From an uncultured Candidatus Saccharibacteria bacterium (lineage in GTDB: Bacteria; Patescibacteriota; Minisyncoccia; Phycocordibacterales; UBA12088), in assembly GCA_964411375.1 (NCBI GenBank), contig CAYPKR010000002.1, positions 894-64,893 on the forward strand: a DNA stretch of 64,000 bases, read 5' to 3'. Below are positions 57,880-64,000 of this stretch, piece by piece. How positions within the stretch are numbered: the first letter of the stretch is position 1; the number at the start of each line of letters is the position of its first letter. Position numbers and translations under genes: made by a program. Below the pieces are notes generated by a model, which saw only the letters and a list, made by a program, of their open reading frames with translations, did no database searches and was not told where the DNA came from.

Positions 57880-58284
57880 ATGGCAACCAAATCAGATACA
57901 AAATATTTTGAAGCAGTCGGTCGTCGCAAGACCGCAATCGCCCGTGTTCGCATTCAGGAAGGCGGCAAGCATTTTGTTGTAAATGAAAAGCCGCTTACTG
58001 AATATTTTGCAACTAAGGATTTGCAGTCGATGGCGATGATGTCTTTGAATAAGACCGAACTCGCACAGAAGTTTTCGGTGTCCGCAAAAGTAAATGGTGG
58101 CGGAACCAACGCACAGGCAGAAGCAGTTCGTCTCGGTATTGCCCGTGCGCTCCTCAAATTTGATATGAGTCTCCGCGGATCACTTAAGTCCGAAGGATTC
58201 TTGAAACGCGATCCACGCGCAGTCGAACGCAAACACTTCGGTTTGAAGAAAGCTCGCCGAGCTCCGCAGTGGAGTAAACGCTAG
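57880..58284 (+). CDS. rpsI: 30S ribosomal protein S9
   Basis: 'GGGTNAQAEAVRLGIARALL' and the C-terminal 'KKARRAPQWSKR'. Confidence 0.95.
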   Translation: MATKSDTKYFEAVGRRKTAIARVRIQEGGKHFVVNEKPLTEYFATKDLQSMAMMSLNKTELAQKFSVSAKVNGGGTNAQAEAVRLGIARALLKFDMSLRGSLKSEGFLKRDPRAVERKHFGLKKARRAPQWSKR

Positions 58285-58317
58285 ATTTTATATCCAACAT
58301 ATGATTGGCTTAGGAAA

Positions 58318-58340
58318 GAGCGGATTGGACCGCTTTTTTC
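58318..58340 (+). terminator. Rho-independent terminator after rpsI
   Basis: GAGCGG-attgga-CCGCTT followed by TTTTT. Confidence 0.4.
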
Positions 58341-58355
58341 GTTTAAGGAGTAGAG

Positions 58356-58556
58356 ATGACTGAGGAAGATGATTCGAGCACTCTCCCGGAATGGGCTCGC
58401 GAATATGCGTCTGGCGAAAGAAGTGATGACGGCATCTTTGACTGCGTGACGGGTCCTGCCTGCAGACCCGGAGGAGTCAGGAGGGGTTTGGAGGCATTTG
58501 CCGAACTCACCGAACATCGCCAGAGAGAGATGAAAGAGCTCTTTCCAGACGATTGA
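58356..58556 (+). CDS. Small acidic hypothetical protein, 66 aa
   Basis: The SD AAGGAG lies 6 nt before the ATG. A GC-rich hairpin follows at 58576-58603. No recognised motif. Confidence 0.4.
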   Translation: MTEEDDSSTLPEWAREYASGERSDDGIFDCVTGPACRPGGVRRGLEAFAELTEHRQREMKELFPDD

Positions 58557-58575
58557 TCAAGTAGTGAATGACGGC

Positions 58576-58603
58576 GCGCCGCGGATAAAATATTCCGCGG
58601 CGC
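58576..58603. terminator. Perfect 10-bp GC-rich hairpin
   Basis: GCGCCGCGGA-taaaatat-TCCGCGGCGC. The U-tract is weak. Confidence 0.35.
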
Positions 58604-58658
58604 TGTTCATTTCAAGTAAAAAATGTTTGAGTTGATATAGGAATCAAGGAGAAGTGGA

Positions 58659-58937
58659 ATGGGTAGAAATCAGTGTGGACACCTTATTCCTAACGACAGT
58701 ATTGTCGCGGGTAAAGATACAATAGGATGTCTTCTTCCGGAGAGACACCCCGGCGAACATTTGTCTGTATGCACGACATCGTGGGGTAGTACAGAATACT
58801 ACCTATGGGAATATGTAGAGGTTTGCGATTGTTCTGAAATGACTCCGGAAGAAATTGAAAACGGGGAATGCGAGTGTATTTTTTACAGAAACATATCTGC
58901 TGAAGAAGCAACTCTGATGATTATGCCTTCGGATTAA
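58659..58937 (+). CDS. Cysteine-rich small protein, 92 aa with C-x-C pairs
   Basis: A good SD (AAGGAGAAG) precedes the gene. It has 7 Cys, including 'CDCSEMTPEEIENGECEC'. Confidence 0.45.
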   Translation: MGRNQCGHLIPNDSIVAGKDTIGCLLPERHPGEHLSVCTTSWGSTEYYLWEYVEVCDCSEMTPEEIENGECECIFYRNISAEEATLMIMPSD

Positions 58938-59036
58938 GCGCGTTACAGATGAAATAATCCTGTGACGCGTTTTTTATTTGACTTTTCAAAAAAAATACGC
59001 GATAATATCCGCGCTTTAGCAGAATAATACAATCGT

Positions 59037-59618
59037 ATGCACGACAAAAACACCGAAGACGACATCGTGCGCGAGGATGACGAGAATCTAGAGCGCGATG
59101 ATTTAGCACTTGAAGATGATGAAATGCCTATTGCGGCAAAACTTAAATCCATCCGCGAAGTTCTTAAGGCAGTCCAAAAAGAGCGAGACGACAACTTGGC
59201 AGGTTGGCAAAGAGCGAAGGCAGATTTGGTAAATGTGCGCCGCCAGGCAAGCATTGAAACGGCAGAAAATGCAAAATTTGCTGCTAAGAATGTCCTTCTA
59301 GACCTTCTTCCCGTTCTCGACAGTTTTGACATGGCGATCGGTTCTCCATCATGGGAAACCATTGATCCAACATGGCGAAAGGGAATGGAGGGCGTCTATC
59401 AGCAAGCATTAAATGCTGCGAAGGGTCACGGACTCGAACAATCCGCACCAAAAATTGGTGACGAATTTGATCCAAACAAACACGAAGCCGTTGGTACTGA
59501 ACAAACTGACCGCAATGCCAACGATCACCGAATTGCAAAGGTATTACAGAAAGGATACGAACTCCACGGCACAACCATTCGTCCGGCAAAAGTAATCATC
59601 TATTCGCACGAATATTAA
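59037..59618 (+). CDS. grpE: Nucleotide exchange factor GrpE
   Basis: 193 aa. Acidic N-terminus, a long helix and a C-terminal beta domain ('NDHRIAKVLQKGYELHGTTIRPAKVIIY'). Confidence 0.85.
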   Translation: MHDKNTEDDIVREDDENLERDDLALEDDEMPIAAKLKSIREVLKAVQKERDDNLAGWQRAKADLVNVRRQASIETAENAKFAAKNVLLDLLPVLDSFDMAIGSPSWETIDPTWRKGMEGVYQQALNAAKGHGLEQSAPKIGDEFDPNKHEAVGTEQTDRNANDHRIAKVLQKGYELHGTTIRPAKVIIYSHEY

Positions 59619-59656
59619 AAATTACAGACTGATTATCAATCTCTAAAATACATTCT

Positions 59657-61558
59657 ATGAGTAAAATTCTTGGAATCGACCTCGGTACCACCAACTCCGC
59701 ACTCGCGATCGTCGAGGCAGGAGAGCCGCGCATCATCGAAAATGCGGAAGGTGCACGCACCACTCCATCGGTTGTTGCAATCTCAAAAACGAGTGAGCGA
59801 CTTGTTGGACTTATCGCACGCCGCCAGGCAGTCACCAATCCAAAAAATACGGTTTATCAGATCAAACGATTTATCGGGCACACCTTTGATGAGCCGGGCG
59901 TTGAAAAAGATCGCCAGTCAGTTCCGTTTGAAACACAAAAAGGCGCAAACGGCAGTGTCGAAGTAAAAATGGGTGACAAATGGAATCGTCCAGAAGAAAT
60001 TTCTGCAATGATTCTTCAAAAATTGAAATCAGACGCGGAAGCAAAACTTGGTGAAACGATTACCGAAGCGGTCATCACTGTTCCTGCATATTTTAACGAC
60101 TCACAGCGTCAGGCAACTAAAGATGCCGGTAAAATCGCAGGACTCGATGTAAAGCGCATCATCAACGAACCAACTGCCGCAGCACTTGCATATGGATTCA
60201 ATAAAAAGAAAAATGAAAAGATTGCCGTCTTCGACTTTGGAGGCGGTACATTCGACGTGTCCATTCTTGAAGTAGGAGATGATGTGATTGAAGTCAAATC
60301 AACTGACGGAGATGCGCACCTTGGAGGTAAAGATCTTGATCAGAAAATAATGAATTGGCTTGGTAGCGAATTCAAGAAGGAAAGTGGTATCGATATTTTG
60401 AACGATCCACTTGCCCGTCAGCGTCTCGATGAAGCTGCAGAAAAAGCAAAGATTGAACTTTCAACTGCTGCACAAACTGAAATCAATATTCCGTTCATTA
60501 CTTCTGACTCATCAGGTCCACGTCATCTCTTGATCACGATGACTCGCGCACAGCTCGAAGAGCTCACGCGTGAGTTTGTCGACCGCGCAATGGCAATCAC
60601 GAAACGCGCGATGGATTCATCCCCATTCAAAGTCGGTGAAATCAATGAAGTCATATTGGTCGGCGGACAAACTCGTATGCCGATGATTCAAAATGCCGTT
60701 AAAGAATTTTTTGGCAGAGATCCGAATATGAGCGTGAATCCCGACGAAGTCGTCGCTATCGGCGCGGCGATTCAGGGCGGTATTCTCGCAGGTGACGTCA
60801 AAGATGTTTTGCTTCTCGACGTTATTCCGCTTTCACTCGGCATCGAAACGATGGGTGGCGTTGCAACAAAACTGATTGAAAAGAATACGACGATTCCGAC
60901 CTCGCGCTCGCAAACATTCTCAACCGCGGCAGATAATCAGACCTCCGTAGAAATTCACATCGTCCAAGGTGAGCGTGCAATGGCGACCGATAACAAGTCG
61001 CTTGGCAAATTTATTCTTGAAGGAATTCCGCCTGCACCTCGCGGCATGCCACAGGTTGAAGTGACATTTGATGTTGATGCAAACGGCATTGTGAATGTCA
61101 CCGCAAAAGATAAGACGAGTGGAAAGTCGCAGTCGATTCGCATTGAATCGCGCGGTTCGCTTTCCGAAGAAGATATTAAGAAGATGACTGCAGATGCTGC
61201 GGCACACGAAGCCGAAGATAAAACTAAGAAAGAATTAGTTGAAAGCAAAAATATGGCAGAGCAGATGATCTACACTGCCGAAAAGTCAGTTCGCGAATAC
61301 GGCGACAAGGTTTCTGCTGATGTAAAAGTCGATGTTGAAGCAAAAATTGCAGCGCTTAAAACTGCAAAAGATGGAAATGATGCCGGAGCAATAAAATCTG
61401 GAATGGATGCGCTCTCAAATGCGCTTGGAAAAATCGGCGAAGCAATGTCTAAAGAAAACGCGAGTGCAAACCAGAATCCAAACGGACAAAACAATACGCC
61501 GCCCGAAGGATCGGACGGCGCAGGTGAGGGGAATGTGCGGGATGCGGAGACGAGTTAG
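59657..61558 (+). CDS. dnaK: Molecular chaperone DnaK (Hsp70)
   Basis: '[15 protein letters not shown]', '[12 protein letters not shown]' and '[11 protein letters not shown]'. Confidence 0.97.
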   Translation: MSKILGIDLGTTNSALAIVEAGEPRIIENAEGARTTPSVVAISKTSERLVGLIARRQAVTNPKNTVYQIKRFIGHTFDEPGVEKDRQSVPFETQKGANGSVEVKMGDKWNRPEEISAMILQKLKSDAEAKLGETITEAVITVPAYFNDSQRQATKDAGKIAGLDVKRIINEPTAAALAYGFNKKKNEKIAVFDFGGGTFDVSILEVGDDVIEVKSTDGDAHLGGKDLDQKIMNWLGSEFKKESGIDILNDPLARQRLDEAAEKAKIELSTAAQTEINIPFITSDSSGPRHLLITMTRAQLEELTREFVDRAMAITKRAMDSSPFKVGEINEVILVGGQTRMPMIQNAVKEFFGRDPNMSVNPDEVVAIGAAIQGGILAGDVKDVLLLDVIPLSLGIETMGGVATKLIEKNTTIPTSRSQTFSTAADNQTSVEIHIVQGERAMATDNKSLGKFILEGIPPAPRGMPQVEVTFDVDANGIVNVTAKDKTSGKSQSIRIESRGSLSEEDIKKMTADAAAHEAEDKTKKELVESKNMAEQMIYTAEKSVREYGDKVSADVKVDVEAKIAALKTAKDGNDAGAIKSGMDALSNALGKIGEAMSKENASANQNPNGQNNTPPEGSDGAGEGNVRDAETS

Positions 61559-61895
61559 GCGCAATTTATACAGGGACAAGCTTTGCGGAAATGAACGTTC
61601 CTAATGCTGTTCTGCGTGCATTCGCGCATATAGCACCTAAAGGTTTCCGGCCGCCTCTTTCGAGTATTTCCATTGAGATTCTTGGTCGCACACCAAACCT
61701 AGGATTTCCTGGATGCATAAGTCTAAAACAAAGTATCCACGGAGTACAGCCGTATTTGGTGACGCGCACTAGCACTCTATCCCCGATCTGGACAGGGGAA
61801 GCCTCGATCTGCATCAAATTTCTCCTGTTGGACATTCGCTGCAATTAAAAACCATATATTTACAACTCTGTCAATAACGCGTAGAATAGCCGAAC

Positions 61896-62960
61896 ATGAG
61901 CAAAGATTATTATCAAATTCTCGGAATCGAAAAAGGCGCATCGAAAGACGAGGTTAAAAAAGCATTCCATAAGCTTGCGCATAAATATCATCCGGACAAA
62001 AAGACTGGAGATGAGGCGAAGTTTAAAGAAGTTTCAGAGGCGTACGCCATTCTCTCCGATGAAAAAAAGCGCGCGGAATATGACGCGTATGGAAGGGTAT
62101 TCAATGGCGGAAATGGAGGCGGTGGCGGAAATCCATTTGAAGGATTCGACTTCTCGCAGTTTACCGGTGCAAATGGATTTGAATTTGATCTCGGCGATAT
62201 CTTCGGCGATATTTTTGGAGGTGGGGGATCACGCGAACGTCGCGGACGCGACATTTCGATTGATCTGCAGCTTCCGCTTCGCGACGTAGTCTTTGGAACC
62301 GAGCGCACCGTGATGCTCACCAAAGCAAGTAAATGCGCAGTGTGTGCTGGTTCTGGCGCGGCGCCCGGAAGCGAAATGATTACCTGCAAAACCTGCAACG
62401 GAAAAGGAAAGATCCACGAGACTCGAAATTCTATTTTCGGCTCGATCGCCACTACTTCTATTTGTCCTGATTGTGGTGGCGCAGGAACAATTCCTAAAAA
62501 TCCATGTACGGAATGCAGAGGAAGCGGTGTTACTCGTCGCCAAGAAGATATTGCGATCAAAGTACCTCCTGGAATTGCGGATGGTGAAATGATCCGACTG
62601 CAAGGAATGGGCGAAGCGATTCCACGTGGAACCTCTGGTGACCTCTATGTAAAAATTCGAGTCGAACGCGATCCGGTATTCTCTCGCGAAGGTGCAAATC
62701 TTCTCATGAATCTCACGGTAAAGCTCACTGACGCGCTTCTTGGCGCAACATACACGGTCAAAACATTTGATGGTGATATTTCAGTCAAAATTCCCGCCGG
62801 CATTAGTTTTGGAGAATTGCTTCGAGTGAAAGGGAAGGGAATCGTTGTACCGCACGGTAGTCGCGGCGATCTCTTGATTCGCATTCTGATTCAGATTCCA
62901 AACAAACTTTCCCGTTCCGCAAAAGAAAGTGTGGAAAAACTTAAGGAAGAAGGTATATAG
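61896..62960 (+). CDS. dnaJ: Molecular chaperone DnaJ
   Basis: J-domain '[32 protein letters not shown]'. Gly-rich linker. Four C-x2-C-x-G-x-G zinc-finger repeats. Confidence 0.95.
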   Translation: MSKDYYQILGIEKGASKDEVKKAFHKLAHKYHPDKKTGDEAKFKEVSEAYAILSDEKKRAEYDAYGRVFNGGNGGGGGNPFEGFDFSQFTGANGFEFDLGDIFGDIFGGGGSRERRGRDISIDLQLPLRDVVFGTERTVMLTKASKCAVCAGSGAAPGSEMITCKTCNGKGKIHETRNSIFGSIATTSICPDCGGAGTIPKNPCTECRGSGVTRRQEDIAIKVPPGIADGEMIRLQGMGEAIPRGTSGDLYVKIRVERDPVFSREGANLLMNLTVKLTDALLGATYTVKTFDGDISVKIPAGISFGELLRVKGKGIVVPHGSRGDLLIRILIQIPNKLSRSAKESVEKLKEEGI

Positions 62961-63012
62961 GATATATACTAAAAGCACTGTGGCGCAGACGACGACGCGC
63001 TGTGGTTAAAAT

Positions 63013-63516
63013 ATGAATGCAACTATCCAAACTGCACAGGCGGCAGGTTCGAGTGTTGTCGGGACAGTCTTATCGTTATCTACCGACATTTTTGTGATTG
63101 TCGGTATATTTACTGCTTTGTTTGTATGGGGAGCATGGAAAGGTCAGCGAGGACTTGCGACTTTGACCATTTCTCTATTCGTCGCCATTGCAGTATTCAA
63201 AGCATTTCCATATGGTGGAGTCTTTACGCTTGCACCATATGTTCCGCTTATTGTTTTTCTCGTGTTACTCGGAGCTATTTATTTTGTACTTATGGGAATA
63301 CTATCGGTATTTTCATTTGAAGGGGGAGTGGGGCAGTGGATTAAGACCGCGCTTCTCACTTTCACTGTAATGACGCTCATTGTCTCAATCACCTATCATG
63401 TAGTGCTGATTGCGCCAATCTATCACTGGAGCGGGGCGGTTGATTTTCTCTTCAAATCCGATCAACTTTTCTTTTGGTGGCTTGTCGCTCCGCTTATCGT
63501 ATTATTTTTTATCTAA
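63013..63516 (+). CDS. Hypothetical polytopic membrane protein
   Basis: 167 aa with ~5 TM helices. Confidence 0.45.
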   Translation: MNATIQTAQAAGSSVVGTVLSLSTDIFVIVGIFTALFVWGAWKGQRGLATLTISLFVAIAVFKAFPYGGVFTLAPYVPLIVFLVLLGAIYFVLMGILSVFSFEGGVGQWIKTALLTFTVMTLIVSITYHVVLIAPIYHWSGAVDFLFKSDQLFFWWLVAPLIVLFFI

Positions 63517-63526
63517 ACTATAAACT

Positions 63527-63931
63527 ATGGAAAACATTTCAACAGTCCATTTTGGTGAGCATGTCATGATTGATGGATACCAGGGAGATTCTGCACTACT
63601 CAATGATAAGGAGTTAGTGCTCAAGGTTTTAAATGAACTTCCTGAACTCCTTGATATGCATAAACTTTCGACACCGGAGATCTACTTTGCAAAAGGGAAT
63701 GACACCAAAGATCCTGGAGGATGGAGCGGTTTTGTTGTAATCGAAGAAAGTCATATCAGTATTCATACTTTTCCAGGAAGACAGTTTGTAAGCGCAGACG
63801 TCTACACCTGCAAAAATGGAATGAATATCGATTACATATCAGATTACTTCAAAAAAACATTCGCGCTTCAGGACATCGAAATGAATTTTGTGAAACGCGG
63901 AACAAGGTATCCTGCGCATGACGTAGCCTAA
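63527..63931 (+). CDS. speH: S-adenosylmethionine decarboxylase proenzyme (pyruvoyl-dependent, small class 1 type)
   Basis: 134 aa. 'VIEESHISIHTFPGR' matches the AdoMetDC self-processing/catalytic motif (ES|HxxxHT-P). Confidence 0.75.
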   Translation: MENISTVHFGEHVMIDGYQGDSALLNDKELVLKVLNELPELLDMHKLSTPEIYFAKGNDTKDPGGWSGFVVIEESHISIHTFPGRQFVSADVYTCKNGMNIDYISDYFKKTFALQDIEMNFVKRGTRYPAHDVA

Positions 63932-64000
63932 TGCATCGAATGCAATGACCTCAACGACCATTAAAAAAATATCTCAAGTAGCTGGCCAGTGGAGTATCAC

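Overview
This 64 kb window is from a small-gene, moderately AT-rich bacterial chromosome. Hand-counted 60-nt samples of the backbone give roughly 47-50 % GC. Several traits suggest a reduced-genome, possibly CPR/Patescibacteria-like lineage, but this is inference only: short ATP-synthase delta and epsilon subunits, a short AlaRS, and an RND pump with no outer-membrane factor.

The first ~12 kb is a lower-GC segment, about 33-43 % in samples. It has the organisation of an integrated defence island. An excisionase-like HTH gene leads a tight hsdM / half-size hsdS / hsdR / RloC-like zinc-hook ABC ATPase operon (a Type I restriction-modification system with a putative anticodon-nuclease backup). 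This is followed by a Met/His-rich membrane protein, a DUF305 protein and a BNR beta-propeller gene (possible copper cargo). At the right end are a tyrosine integrase, a DUF488 gene and a phage-like HTH gene. A ~50-nt imperfect palindrome lies at the GC transition.

To the right of the island are a very acidic small protein gene with its own operator palindrome and terminator, two secreted cell-wall-active enzymes and a membrane protein. Then comes a tRNA-Arg / high-GC SulP transporter / tRNA-Pro / tRNA-Ala locus. The SulP gene is about 56 % GC and is probably a separate horizontal insert.

Next is the F1Fo ATP synthase operon (atpB-E-F-H-A-G-D-C). It is interrupted between atpG and atpD by two antisense mini membrane-protein ORFs. 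The remaining genes, in order, are:
- an RND pump plus membrane-fusion protein pair
- ychF, leuS, a sigma-70-region-4/HARE-HTH fusion protein, mltG and mnmA
- an ATP-cone/Mrr-type endonuclease fusion and mgtC
- a Cas4-like PD-(D/E)xK nuclease overlapping a stand-alone MGMT-C gene
- an M13 peptidase, alaS and a PilM-like ATPase
- the ribosomal alpha operon (infA-rpmJ-rpsM-rpsK-rpsD-rpoA-rplQ) plus rplM-rpsI
- grpE-dnaK-dnaJ and an AdoMetDC gene

No rRNA genes or CRISPR arrays were seen. All domain calls come from reading motifs in the supplied translations; no database search was run.
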